Source: a bacterium | Lineage (GTDB): Bacteria > UBA8248 > JACPRG01 > G963555815 | Length of the DNA stretch: 64,000 bases | Direction of reading: 5' to 3' | NCBI GenBank assembly: GCA_965261595.1 | Contig: CBDHDG010000001.1 | Span: 96,001 to 160,000 of the forward strand | In this document: positions 29,410-39,778 of the stretch, in pieces | How the letters are laid out: each line of letters opens with the position of its first letter | Numbering within the stretch: the stretch's first letter is position 1 | The notes under the pieces: generated by a model | The model's database searches: none | What the model was told of the DNA's origin: nothing | What the model saw: the letters and a program-made list of their open reading frames with translations, nothing else | Position numbers and translations under genes: made by a program

Positions 29410-29919
29410 GCGTTTTTTCTCCTTTCAAGGGATGCAAGGATCGGATTCAACAAAAAACGCGCCGCGATTCGGCGGCGTGGAAGCGGAACGCATGAGGCTG
29501 GACGGAACCGGAGGCGTGCGCGACCCAACCCGCCCGGGCCTGACCCCATTTCTCTTCACGGCTTTGAAACCGGGAAGGGGGAGGGGGAAGCCTCACCCGA
29601 AGAAGGGCGCTGGGAGGAGAATCCGGGCGGAAGTATAGCATACCGGGCGGATCCGATAGAATCCGCCGAGCGGATCCGGCGCCCCGCTGAAATTCGTCAT
29701 CCATTCGGCCGACCGGAACAGGTAAACTACTCCTGAACCCGTATAGATAGTTGACGAGATTTTGCTTCTGTGCGAAAATAACTTGGATTCAATGAAGACA
29801 ATTTCAAAGGAAACTGGACTTAAGCGGCGTGGTCGTTGGACATTGCGCGCAGCCAGCGGATGGTGTGCGGAAGTCCTGGCAATCAATTCAATGAACCCAT
29901 GGCGTCGGAGGGAAAAGCG

Positions 29920-30960
29920 ATGACCCGGAAAAGCTGGATTACCTTGATTCTGCTGCCTACATTCTTTTTCTCCCTTTCCATTTCATCCTCTCAGGCCCAG
30001 ATGAAGCCGAAGGTGACCTTAACCGAGGATTGGATCCTCTACGGAGCACAGTTGCCTGAATTCCTGGCGGCGGCGAAAGGGTATTACGCGGCCGAAGGAT
30101 TGGAAGTCAACATCGTTCGGGGCTACGGTCCGGGAGACACCGTGAAGAAGGTCGCCTTAGGGGCTTCAGAGTTCGGTCGCTCGGCGGGTATCAGCGACAT
30201 CCTGGGCCGGGCCAGCGGGGCCAAGATCAAGATCGTTGCCGTGCCCATGCTGACCCCTCCGTTCGGCGTGGTTTTTCTCAAGAGCAGCGGAATCCGGAAC
30301 CCCAAGGACCTCGAAGGGAAAAAGCTCGGGGCCCCCGCCGCCTCGTCCGCCTTCCGTATGTTCCCGGCCTTCGCCCAAGAGACGGGAATCAACCAGTCCA
30401 AGATCACGGTTGTCAATATGGACCCCGCGGGCTTGGTCGGGAGCCTGGTGGTCAAGAGCGTGGATATATCCATCTTTTGGCCCACCGAGATGCCCGCGTA
30501 TGCCAAGGCCGCCAAACAAAGGGGCGAAGAGGTGGCCTACATGCTCTTTGCCGATTACGGCGTGAGAGACATGTACGGGAACACCTTTATCACTGCGGAT
30601 AGCACCATCGCCAAGAGTCCTAAAGTCGTTCGGGGTTTTGTCCGGGCGTCCTTGCGCGGACTCTCCTACGCAATTAACCATCCGGACGAGGCAGTGAAGG
30701 CTTTCATGAAGCACAGCCCCGTCTCGGACCCGGCCGTCATCAAGGGAGAGTGGCTCGAGACCGCGAAGCTGGCCTTCGATGACCTTTACGAAAAAAACGG
30801 GCTCGGGTTCGCGGACCCCGGGAAAATGAAGGCCTCCCTGAAGCTTGTGAGGAAATATTTCGGCGGCAAGGGAACGATCAAGCCCGAGGCGGTCTACACG
30901 AACGAATTCGTCCTGGCAACGCCGCGAAAGTGGCGAACCGCCAAGCGGCCAGCCAAGTAA
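29920..30960 (+). CDS. ABC substrate-binding protein, NMT1/THI5/SsuA-like
   Basis: Signal peptide; KGYYAAEGLEV, PKDLEGKKLG, YTNEF. Confidence 0.88.
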   Translation: MTRKSWITLILLPTFFFSLSISSSQAQMKPKVTLTEDWILYGAQLPEFLAAAKGYYAAEGLEVNIVRGYGPGDTVKKVALGASEFGRSAGISDILGRASGAKIKIVAVPMLTPPFGVVFLKSSGIRNPKDLEGKKLGAPAASSAFRMFPAFAQETGINQSKITVVNMDPAGLVGSLVVKSVDISIFWPTEMPAYAKAAKQRGEEVAYMLFADYGVRDMYGNTFITADSTIAKSPKVVRGFVRASLRGLSYAINHPDEAVKAFMKHSPVSDPAVIKGEWLETAKLAFDDLYEKNGLGFADPGKMKASLKLVRKYFGGKGTIKPEAVYTNEFVLATPRKWRTAKRPAK

Positions 30961-31164
30961 TTCGGCTTCCGCTTTTGCTGAACCTGGGAAAAGCTCCCTA
31001 AAGCCGGTGTGCCGTCCGATCGGTGCGCAAGGAAGCCTGCATTCGAGCTCCCGACCGCTTCCCAACGTCGTGACGAATCACAAGGTTTAAAGAGGATTTG
31101 GACAAAGGCGGACTGCCCGATTTCCGGGTAATACGTTGCGGCCAATACCCCGAAGGAGGCCATC

Positions 31165-32436
31165 GTGAAATCTAAACTTATCCGATCCGATGCGCCTCAG
31201 CCTGTAGCCGTTTATTCCGAGGCCATGACAGCCGGTCCCCTGGTATTCGCCGCCGGACAAATCGCCAGCGATTCCAGAACCGGGATTCCGCCCGAAGCCA
31301 GGGTGGACCCTGCCTTTCCCTATTACGGCTCCGACATCAAGCGCCAGACCGGGTATATCCTCAACAACCTCTCCAATACTTTCGAGGCGGCCGGATCCTC
31401 CCTTGACCATGTGGTCAAGGCCCAGGTGTTTCTCACCGACCTCAACCATTTCTTCGCCTTCGACGAGGTCTGGAAAGAATTCTTCAAGACACCGCCCCCC
31501 CGCACGACGGTCGGAACGACGGGCCTCCTCGCGCCGGGTTGTCTGGTCGAGATCGATCTAATCGCCTATCGTCCCCGTCAAGGATGGAAGCGCGAGGTGA
31601 TCCAATCGAAAGCGCCCCGTCCCCTCGCCAACTATTCCGAGGCCTTCCGGGTGGGAGACTTCGTCTTCGCCGCCGGACAGATCGCCAGCGACTACAAGAC
31701 TGGCATCCCGCCCAAAGCCGGGGTGGACCCTGCCTTTCCCTACTACGGCTCCGACATCAAGCGCCAGACCGATTACATCCTCAACAACCTCTCCAAAACC
31801 TTCGAGGCGGCCGGAACATCCCTCGACAATGTGGTCAAGGCCCAGGTATTTCTCACTGACCTCAACCATTTCTTCGCCTTCGACGAGGTCTGGAAAGAGT
31901 TCTTCAATACACCGCCCCCACGTACGACGGTCGGAACGACGGGCCTTTTGGCGCCCGGCTGTCTGGTCGAAATCGACCTCATTGCTTACGTCCCTCGAAA
32001 GGGGTTGAAACGCCAGGTCATCCGGTCGAAAGCGCCCCGTCCCCTCGCCAACTATTCCGAGGCCTTCCGGGTGGGAGACTTCGTCTTTGCCGCCGGACAG
32101 ATCGCCAGCGACTACAAGACCGGCATCCCGCCCGAAGCCAGGGTAGACCCTGCCTTTCCCTACTACGGCTCCGACATCAAGCGCCAGACCGAGTACATCC
32201 TCAACAACCTCTCCAAAACCTTCGAGGCGGCTGGAACCTCCCTCGACAATGTGATCAAGGCCCAGGTCTTCCTGGCCGAAGACGAGTTGGAGGCGCTTTA
32301 CGTAATGGCAGCCGCCCGGGATGAGGTCTGGCAAAGCTTCTTCAAGACACCGCCCCCGCGCACGACAGTCGGGACGACAGGTCTTTTGGCGCCTCGGTGT
32401 TTGATCGAGGTTGACCTGATTGGCCTTGTGGGGTGA
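31165..32436 (+). CDS. RidA/YjgF/UK114 family protein with three tandem Rid domains
   Basis: Three ~140-aa repeats, each with YS.A, AGQ, VVKAQVFL, PPRTT, VEIDLI. Confidence 0.93.
   Translation: MKSKLIRSDAPQPVAVYSEAMTAGPLVFAAGQIASDSRTGIPPEARVDPAFPYYGSDIKRQTGYILNNLSNTFEAAGSSLDHVVKAQVFLTDLNHFFAFDEVWKEFFKTPPPRTTVGTTGLLAPGCLVEIDLIAYRPRQGWKREVIQSKAPRPLANYSEAFRVGDFVFAAGQIASDYKTGIPPKAGVDPAFPYYGSDIKRQTDYILNNLSKTFEAAGTSLDNVVKAQVFLTDLNHFFAFDEVWKEFFNTPPPRTTVGTTGLLAPGCLVEIDLIAYVPRKGLKRQVIRSKAPRPLANYSEAFRVGDFVFAAGQIASDYKTGIPPEARVDPAFPYYGSDIKRQTEYILNNLSKTFEAAGTSLDNVIKAQVFLAEDELEALYVMAAARDEVWQSFFKTPPPRTTVGTTGLLAPRCLIEVDLIGLVG
31165..32436 (+). repeat. intragenic tandem triplication with 420-bp period
   Basis: aaagcgccccgtcccctcgccaactattccgag occurs at 31609 and 32029; tacggctccgacatcaagcgccagacc occurs in all three units. 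Confidence 0.92.
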
Positions 32437-32790
32437 GAAGAGATTCCCTCTTCGGACCTATTCGCATTTCGCTGCCTTTAGCTTTTTCGAGAAGCTTTCT
32501 CCCAGGAAGAGTACACCCTCTCTTTTTGCCCGAAAACTCTTTCTACACACAAAACGGTGCATCACCAACCCAAACAGATTCTTGACACACCCGTTCTAGA
32601 AGATGGATAATCGTGATGAGGAAGCCCTCGGGAGGGGGCTGATTTCCCGTCATCATGTGAAGCGGTCCACCAATCAAGGAGAACCCGCGGAGGGTTCTGT
32701 TGTGCGGCCCCCTTGCTACAGTTCGGGGCAAATCGGCAGGCTTTCGGTCTGCGCTCAACGCCCGGTAACCGGGTCGAAAGGGAGGGAGTG

Positions 32791-34053
32791 ATGGGAAAGG
32801 CGAAAAAACAAATTACGAGAAGGACTTTTCTGAAAAAGTCCGGCATCGCGGCCGGGGCGATCGGGGCCTCCACCCTGATCCCGGGCTATCACGTCAACGC
32901 GGCCGAGCCCATCCGAATCGGAATGACGGCGGACCTGACAGGTGTTCTGGCCGACTTCGGTTTCTGGCTCGACCGCTCCGCCAAGGCCGCCACGGCCAAG
33001 ATCAACAAAGCGGGTGGAATCGGCGGACGGGAGCTCGAGTTTATCGTCGAGGATACGGAGTCCAAGGCGCCCACCGGGGTGAGGAAGACCCGCAAGCTCA
33101 TCCAGCGGGACAAGGTGGACTTCGTCATCGGCTCCCACCACAGCGGAATCTGCCTGGCGTGCAACCCCATCTTCAAAGAGCTCAAGACCATCGGCTTCCC
33201 CAACGGGTCCTCCACGCTGATCACGGGTGCCAAGGGAAACTCCTATGTCTTCCGGATGAACGAGAGCGTCCTGCACGAGGTTTCCTCCGCGTCGGATTGG
33301 GCCATCACCCAGGGAAAGAGGTGGACCCTCCTGGGCCTCGACTACGCCTGGGGGCAGGACCAATGCAATCAGTGGGCGAAGCGGGTCGAAGCCCTCGGCG
33401 GAAAGGCCGTGGACATCATCATGGTGCCCCTGGGAACCGACAACATGGTCCCCTACCTCAGCCGAATCAAGGTGGCCCAGACGGACGTCATCTTCATGGC
33501 TTTCTTCTCGGCCAGCGCGATCGCCTTCGTCAAACAGGCGTCCAACATGGGGATCTTCAACAAGTTCAAATACGTGGGCACGTACGACAGCGTCGAAGGC
33601 CTGGACCCCTCGCCCTTCGAAGGCGCCTTCTACCACACCCCGTTCCCCCAGCGCTCCGCCGATGTCCCGGCGGCCATCAAGCCGTATGACAAGATGTTGC
33701 GCGCCACCATCGGCGTGGACGCGGAAGGAAAGGACAAAAAGCGGGGAACCCCTTCGGGCGTGGCGCATGACGCCCTCGGCTGGGAGAACATCCATCTCCT
33801 CAAGGACGCCGTCGAGGCCACCGGGTATAAGAACAGGCGGAAACACACCCGGGACGTGATCAAGTGGCTAGAGGGTCGCGAGACCAAGACCGGCTCGGGT
33901 TATCCCCAGGGCGGCAAGCTGATTCGGGCGGAGGACCACCAGGCCTTCGCGCCCATCTACATCCAGCAGGTCGTCAACGGAAACTGGAAAGTCCGGGCCA
34001 CCGTTCCCATGGAGAAGGGGTTCTATAAGGCCCAGGGGAATTGGAAAATCTAG
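32791..34053 (+). CDS. branched-chain amino-acid-type (LivK-like) ABC substrate-binding protein, Tat-exported
   Basis: ITRRTFLK twin-arginine signal; IN..GGI.GR, ED, DYAWG, R..DHQA. Confidence 0.9.
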   Translation: MGKAKKQITRRTFLKKSGIAAGAIGASTLIPGYHVNAAEPIRIGMTADLTGVLADFGFWLDRSAKAATAKINKAGGIGGRELEFIVEDTESKAPTGVRKTRKLIQRDKVDFVIGSHHSGICLACNPIFKELKTIGFPNGSSTLITGAKGNSYVFRMNESVLHEVSSASDWAITQGKRWTLLGLDYAWGQDQCNQWAKRVEALGGKAVDIIMVPLGTDNMVPYLSRIKVAQTDVIFMAFFSASAIAFVKQASNMGIFNKFKYVGTYDSVEGLDPSPFEGAFYHTPFPQRSADVPAAIKPYDKMLRATIGVDAEGKDKKRGTPSGVAHDALGWENIHLLKDAVEATGYKNRRKHTRDVIKWLEGRETKTGSGYPQGGKLIRAEDHQAFAPIYIQQVVNGNWKVRATVPMEKGFYKAQGNWKI

Positions 34054-34087
34054 CCGCCCGACCCGCGACGTCGGGGTGAGAGACAAG

Positions 34088-34124
34088 AAAAACCGCGGAG
34101 GACTTTCGTTCTCCGCGGTTTTTT
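34088..34124. terminator. bidirectional intrinsic terminator
   Basis: aaaaaccgcggag...ctccgcggtttttt between convergent genes. Confidence 0.85.
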
Positions 34125-34261
34125 TGTGGAAAGAATGACGCTTCCAGAACCCTCACAAAAGCCTTTGAAAACGAGCGGCGGCCGACCCCCGTGAGGGGAG
34201 AGGGGGGGACTCGCTTTGCCGGGTCGGTTCGGACGGCGGAGAGACGGGGGATCTTGCGCAA

Positions 34262-34957
34262 CTAATCGTCCAGGCCGATCAATCTTCCAATCGAGGCCTC
34301 GCTGGCTTCGGTGACGGTCTCCTCATGGATGATGCGGCCTTTTTCCATCACATAGACGCGGCCGCACATGGTGAGAATCATGGCCAAATCCTGTTCCACG
34401 AGCAGGATCCCCATGCCCCGCTCTCCGAAGGAACGCACGGTCCGCTCCACGGTTTCAACGGCCGAAGGCATCAGACCTTCCGTCGGCTCATCCAGGAGCA
34501 TGAGGCGCGGGTTCTTGACGAAGGCCCTCGCCATGGCAAGCATCTGGCGTTCGCCGCCGCTCAGGGTTCCCGCCATCTGGCTCATGCGTTCGTCGAGAAT
34601 CGGAAAGAGCTCGACAACGGATTTTCTCAATCGGCCGTCCAGCTCGCCGTTGGGGGAGGCGACGCGGAGGTTGTCTCGAACGGTGAATTCGGCGAAGACC
34701 GCCTGTTCCTGGGGGACCAGACTGAGCCCCAGCCGCGCCAGCTTGTGGGAGGGAACAGCGGAGAGATCCCGGCCGTCGAACTCGATCCTTCCCGAGCGAT
34801 TCTGGATCTGCCCCATGATCGTCCGCAGGAGGGTTGTCTTCCCGACGCCGTTGCGCCCGACGAGGCCGACCACCTCCCCTTCCCCGACGGCGACCGAGAC
34901 GTCGAAGAGGATGTGGCTCTTTCCGTAGAACGCATTCATCCCTTCCAGGCGCAGCAT
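34262..34957 (-). CDS. livF: ABC ATP-binding protein, LivF-like
   Basis: GRNGVGKTT, LSGGERQML, LLDEPTEGL. Confidence 0.9.
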   Translation of the reverse strand: MLRLEGMNAFYGKSHILFDVSVAVGEGEVVGLVGRNGVGKTTLLRTIMGQIQNRSGRIEFDGRDLSAVPSHKLARLGLSLVPQEQAVFAEFTVRDNLRVASPNGELDGRLRKSVVELFPILDERMSQMAGTLSGGERQMLAMARAFVKNPRLMLLDEPTEGLMPSAVETVERTVRSFGERGMGILLVEQDLAMILTMCGRVYVMEKGRIIHEETVTEASEASIGRLIGLDD

Positions 34958-34958
34958 T

Positions 34959-35720
34959 TCACACCCCCCGCGTCAGGTAAACGCGGCGCACCTCGGCGTC
35001 TCCCCGGATCTGCTCGGGCGTGCCCTCGGCAAGCATCTTGCCCTGGTGGAGGACCGAGATCGTCTCGGCCAGGCTCATGACAACGCGCATATCGTGCTCG
35101 ACGATCAGAATGGTCCGCGAGGTGGAGAGCTCCCGAATCTTGTCCGTCATCGCATGGGTCTCGCGGGCGCTCAATCCCGCCGTCGGCTCATCGAGAAGAA
35201 GAAGTTCCGGATCGGACGCGAGGGCGATTCCGATGTCCACCAACTTCTGCTCACCGTGGGCGAGCTCCGTCACTTTGACCTCCGCCCGGTCCGCCATGCC
35301 CAGCGACTCGAGGACCTCCCGGGCGCGCTCCCAGGTCTCCCGCATGCCTTTCAGATTGCGGAACGGATGGGGTTTGCCCGCCTTCCCCTGGACGCCCGCC
35401 TGAATGTTCTCCAGGACCGTCAACTGGGGAAACAAACTCGTTATTTGGAACGTGCGGCCGATTCCCAGCCGGACGATCCGATCCGCGCCCAGGCCGGTGA
35501 TGGGTTTTCCCTTGAAGGAGGCCGTTCCGTCCGTCGTCGGCAGGAAGCCGCTGAGCAGGTTGAAGAGCGTGGTCTTTCCCGCTCCATTCGGCCCGATAAC
35601 GGCCCGCAGCTCGCCTTGCCGGACATCGAGGTCCACCCCGTTCACGGCGGTGAAAACCCCGAAGCGCTTGACGAGTCCTTCCACCTTCAGGAAACCGTCG
35701 CTGTGTTGTGAAGAATTCAC
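34959..35720 (-). CDS. livG: ABC ATP-binding protein, LivG-like
   Basis: GPNGAGKTT, RTFQ, LLDEPTAG, EHDM, V..VYL. Confidence 0.9.
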   Translation of the reverse strand: MNSSQHSDGFLKVEGLVKRFGVFTAVNGVDLDVRQGELRAVIGPNGAGKTTLFNLLSGFLPTTDGTASFKGKPITGLGADRIVRLGIGRTFQITSLFPQLTVLENIQAGVQGKAGKPHPFRNLKGMRETWERAREVLESLGMADRAEVKVTELAHGEQKLVDIGIALASDPELLLLDEPTAGLSARETHAMTDKIRELSTSRTILIVEHDMRVVMSLAETISVLHQGKMLAEGTPEQIRGDAEVRRVYLTRGV

Positions 35721-35748
35721 GGAAGCCGGCTCCCCCTCCCCCTCCCCC

Positions 35749-36732
35749 TTACTCGGTCTTTTTCCGCATGTTCGCGACGATGCGCTTCGTCGTCCCGACC
35801 AATCCGGATGGCGTAAACGTCACGACGATGATGATGATCACCCCCAGGGCGATCTGATACGTATAAGCCCATTGGCTGCTCAGAGTTTCCTTCAGATAGA
35901 TCAAGATTCCCGTCCCGATGAGGGCGCCGTAAAGTGTCCCGGCCCCGCCGAACAGCGTCCAGACCACCGCCTCGGCGGAGTACAGCCAGTTGAAGAATTC
36001 CGCGCTGGCATAACTGACGTACACGGAATAGAGCACGCCCGACAGGCCGGCGATGACGCCCGCGATGGTGAAGGAAATCAGCTTATAGAGGCCGGTGTTG
36101 TATCCGACGCAACGGGCGCGGTCCTCGTTTTCCCGGATGAGCTCGAACACCCTGCCCAGCGGGGACCGCAGGATTCGGAAACAGACGAAATACGCGAGGG
36201 CCACGGAGCAGACGACGTAATAGTAGCGGGGGAGTTGTTCTGTGAGATCCAACGCCCATGGGCCGAGGGTCAGAAGCGGCCGCGTAAACACGAGGCCGTC
36301 ATCCCCGCCGGTGACGTCTTTCCAGGCATAGGCGATCAGCGTGATGATCGTCGCCCCGACGACGGTCACGATGATGAACCCGTGCCCCCGGACTTTGACG
36401 GCGAAGTACCCGAGGATTGCGGCAGCGATTGCCGAGAGCAAGAGCCCGACCAACATCGCCACCCACAACCCCGCGCCCCAATGGATGACGGCCAGGGTCA
36501 GGCCATACACGCCCAATCCGAAGAAAACGGATTGCCCCAGACTCAGGAGCCCCGTGTAGCCATAGATGAAATCGAAAGAGATCGCCAGCAACCCCCAGAT
36601 GAGGATGTCCATCGTGAAGGCCACGCCGAAATCATCCAGGACAGCGGGAAGGAGGAGGAAAACCAACAGGACGCCGAACAGCGTGTAGCCCGTCCGCCTG
36701 GAGGCCGCCCTTGGAAGCGGGGAGAACGCCAT
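35749..36732 (-). CDS. livM: ABC permease, LivM-like
   Basis: GYTGLLSLGQ, TGGDDGL, S..GR....IRENE, GG.GTLYG. Confidence 0.9.
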   Translation of the reverse strand: MAFSPLPRAASRRTGYTLFGVLLVFLLLPAVLDDFGVAFTMDILIWGLLAISFDFIYGYTGLLSLGQSVFFGLGVYGLTLAVIHWGAGLWVAMLVGLLLSAIAAAILGYFAVKVRGHGFIIVTVVGATIITLIAYAWKDVTGGDDGLVFTRPLLTLGPWALDLTEQLPRYYYVVCSVALAYFVCFRILRSPLGRVFELIRENEDRARCVGYNTGLYKLISFTIAGVIAGLSGVLYSVYVSYASAEFFNWLYSAEAVVWTLFGGAGTLYGALIGTGILIYLKETLSSQWAYTYQIALGVIIIIVVTFTPSGLVGTTKRIVANMRKKTE

Positions 36733-37601
36733 CACCTTCCCCTCCCGAAGAGTCCGTTGGGCCGAAAGAACAGAAATGATGTCACAAACAGGAGGGCGAT
36801 CACCTTGGCATAGGTCGGCTCGACGAAGATGGACATCACGTTCTCCACGAAACCGAGCATGAGTCCGGCCACCACGGCGCCGAACATATCCCCCAGCCCG
36901 CCGACGATGACTACAATGAAGGCGATGATCAGAACGTTCAAACCCATCGCTGGGAAGATGGCGATGAACGGCCCCGCCAGGACTCCCGACAACCCGGCCA
37001 ACAATCCCCCCAACCCGAACGCGAGGGTGTTGACCGACTTGACCGGAATTCCATCCGCGAGGGACAGACCCGTATTCATCCGAACGGCCCGGATCCAAAG
37101 CCCGTATTTCGTCTTCTGGAGAAAGGCCCAGAGCGCCCCCGTCACCACCATCGCCGAACCCATCACAAAGAGCCGGTAAGTGGAATAGCGATATTGGAGG
37201 ATGGGGATCGTCCCCCGGAAGGGGGGATCGAAGGTGACCCCCTGGCCCCCGATCCAACCCAGAACGACGTTCTCGATGATCAGCATGGCCCCGAAGGTCG
37301 ATAGGATGCTCATATTGGAGTTATTTCCAATCGGGCGCAAGACCACTGTCTCGAAAACCATCGATAAGGCGCAGACCATCAGCGGGGCCAGCATCAGGGC
37401 CAGCCAGTAGTTCCCTCCGGAGAGCTCCGCGGCGATGAACCAGCCGAAGACCGCCCCCAGCATATACAGCGCGCCGTGCGCCACGTTGACGATGTTGAGA
37501 AAGCCGAAGATAAGGCTGAGACCAAAGGCAATGAGGGCGTAGAGCCAACCGAAGACAATCCCGTCCAGGCCGTGCAGGATCAGGCGTGATAAAAGGTCCA
37601 T
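36732..37601 (-). CDS. livH: ABC permease, LivH-like
   Basis: YALIAFGLSLIFG, NVAHG, VVIVGGLG, RPNGLFG. Confidence 0.9.
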   Translation of the reverse strand: MDLLSRLILHGLDGIVFGWLYALIAFGLSLIFGFLNIVNVAHGALYMLGAVFGWFIAAELSGGNYWLALMLAPLMVCALSMVFETVVLRPIGNNSNMSILSTFGAMLIIENVVLGWIGGQGVTFDPPFRGTIPILQYRYSTYRLFVMGSAMVVTGALWAFLQKTKYGLWIRAVRMNTGLSLADGIPVKSVNTLAFGLGGLLAGLSGVLAGPFIAIFPAMGLNVLIIAFIVVIVGGLGDMFGAVVAGLMLGFVENVMSIFVEPTYAKVIALLFVTSFLFFRPNGLFGRGR

Positions 37602-37903
37602 CGAGTCATCCCTCGGGTTGAGGCGACCGAATTTCCCGCGACAGACGCCGGGCCGTGAGACACACCGTCCCGCCGGGAAGGGTCGCGGCAAGCGGATGAC
37701 GGACTTATCTTTTGGGGGGCGTCCGAGGACAACATTTCGGACCGTTCGATAAGGAACCGACGCCGGCTCAGGCGTCCATACGTCCTAAATCCCTCCCCCC
37801 GACACGGCGACCAAACCCGGCAATCTTATCAAACTATCGCCCGGAAAGATATTTCGCCGAACGGGGGGCGCGCCCATGGGAGCGGAACCCCCGCCGGGGC
37901 GAA

Positions 37904-38698
37904 TCACATGGCCGCGCCGGACGCCCACGCCTCCTCATCTTCATCCCCTTCCATTTCGGAGAAGTCACGGGAGAGCTGGGCGTGAAGGGAGAGAAATTCG
38001 TCGTTGTGAAGATGTCTGGGACGCGGGAGATCGATCAGGACATCCTTGAAAATCTTGGCCGGTTTGCGGCTGAGGAAGAGGATGCGGTCCGAGAGGACGG
38101 CGGCTTCACTCAGGTCGTGCGTCACAAACAGGATCGTCACCCCTGACCTTCCCCAAATTCCAATCAGGTCCCTGCGCATGCGCTTCGCCGTGATCTCGTC
38201 CAGGTGGCTGAAGGGCTCATCCATCAGCAGGATGTCGGGCTCCAGGGAAAGGGCCCGGGCAATCCCGACCCGCTGCTGCATCCCGCCCGAAAGCTGGTGG
38301 GGAAACACGTTCATAAAATCCTTCAATCCGACCATTTCCAGGTAGAAGCGGGCCAGGCGTTCGGTTTCCGCCCGGGGGCGGCCATCGTCATGCACGAATC
38401 GGACGTTGTCGATGACCCTCATCCAGGGGAGCAGCCGCGCCGCCTGGAAGACGTAACCAAACTCGACTTTTTCTTTCCCCTCCGGATGAAACAGGATCTC
38501 TCCCCCGGTTGGGGCCTCGAGACCCGTCAGGATATTGAGAAACGTGGATTTCCCGCAGCCGCTCGGGCCGATCAGGGTCGTCAACGTGTTCTTCTCGACC
38601 GTGAGGTCGATGCCGTCGAGGACAAGAAGCGGACTGCCGTCGGGCTGCTCGAACGCTTTGACCAGAGCATTAATCTCGATGAGGGGTTTTTCTGTCAT
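37904..38698 (-). CDS. ABC ATP-binding protein, NitT/TauB/SsuB-like
   Basis: GPSGCGKST, LLPW, LSGGMQQRV, MDEPF, VTHD. Confidence 0.92.
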   Translation of the reverse strand: MTEKPLIEINALVKAFEQPDGSPLLVLDGIDLTVEKNTLTTLIGPSGCGKSTFLNILTGLEAPTGGEILFHPEGKEKVEFGYVFQAARLLPWMRVIDNVRFVHDDGRPRAETERLARFYLEMVGLKDFMNVFPHQLSGGMQQRVGIARALSLEPDILLMDEPFSHLDEITAKRMRRDLIGIWGRSGVTILFVTHDLSEAAVLSDRILFLSRKPAKIFKDVLIDLPRPRHLHNDEFLSLHAQLSRDFSEMEGDEDEEAWASGAAM

Positions 38699-38704
38699 GG
38701 TCGA

Positions 38705-39568
38705 TCAGAGCTTCGCCTCCGGGCGCCAAGCGAGCACCGCCCGTTCGATGGGGCGGATCACCCCGTACTCAAGAATGAACATCAGGATGGTGAACACCAT
38801 CACCCACGCCAACACCTGTCTCATGTTGAACATGTGATACCAGTAGGAAATCATATACCCGATGCCGTTCTCGGCGCCGAAAACCTCCGCGATGATCACG
38901 ATCTTCCACGCGACGGCGAACCCGAACCGGACGGACGCGAAGAAAAACGGCATGAGGGAGGGGATGTAAATGCGGCGGATAATCTTTCCCCGCCGGACCC
39001 CGAAGGCCCGCGCCATGTCCACCAGCTCTTTATCCACATCCTTCATGCCTTCCCAGATGTTGATTGTGATGTACGGGAAGGTGATCATGAACGTGGCGAA
39101 GATGGGGGTCAGCGGCTGGATTCCGAACCACAGAACACCGATGATCGCCCAAGCCAGGCTGGGGATGGTCAGACCGATAACCACATAATCACTGAAAAAG
39201 GCCTCCCAATACTTCCGGACCCCCATGATGATCCCCATCGGAACCCCGATGATCAGGGAAATCCCGAATCCAATGACGATCCGCAGGAGACTGGACCCCA
39301 GGTGGACCAGGAATTGCCGAAAATCGTCGAACATGGTTTCGACGACCATCTCCCAGGCGACCACGTGCGGATAAGGCAGGGTCAGCGTTTCGGTCAAAAC
39401 CCAAGTTATCCAGGAGGACACGTACCACAGAGCGACAACCGAGAGGATGGCCATCACACGGGGATGGAGCAGCTTCTTCCAAAGCGAAAGTTTTTCCTTC
39501 TCCCCCTTTCTCATGGAGAGAAGCAACGCCGCCGAGTCTTCCATTTTTCCCGCGATTTCCTGCGTCAT
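38705..39568 (-). CDS. ABC permease, TauC/SsuC-like
   Basis: LPYP, SLLRI..GF, MARAFG (EAA loop), AE.FG...GIG. Confidence 0.9.
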   Translation of the reverse strand: MTQEIAGKMEDSAALLLSMRKGEKEKLSLWKKLLHPRVMAILSVVALWYVSSWITWVLTETLTLPYPHVVAWEMVVETMFDDFRQFLVHLGSSLLRIVIGFGISLIIGVPMGIIMGVRKYWEAFFSDYVVIGLTIPSLAWAIIGVLWFGIQPLTPIFATFMITFPYITINIWEGMKDVDKELVDMARAFGVRRGKIIRRIYIPSLMPFFFASVRFGFAVAWKIVIIAEVFGAENGIGYMISYWYHMFNMRQVLAWVMVFTILMFILEYGVIRPIERAVLAWRPEAKL

Positions 39569-39778
39569 CGAGGAAACCCCCTCCCTAAAATCTCGACGGA
39601 GCTCGAACGCCCAAACCCGGCCCCCCATCTCAAAAGAAGGGGACTCCCCCCTGTTTTAAACAGGGGATTCGATCCGGCGCGAATCGAAAAACCCTAACAG
39701 TTCGGCTAAAATGAGTCAATTGGAATTATGTCCGGTCCAGCGGATTCAGAACAAACCCCCTCTGAAAGGAGATCTTCC

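Noticed and set aside
31165..32436. CRISPR array or non-coding repeat
   Set aside because: The repeats are 420-bp in-frame coding units. No CRISPR array or cas gene was seen anywhere in the window.
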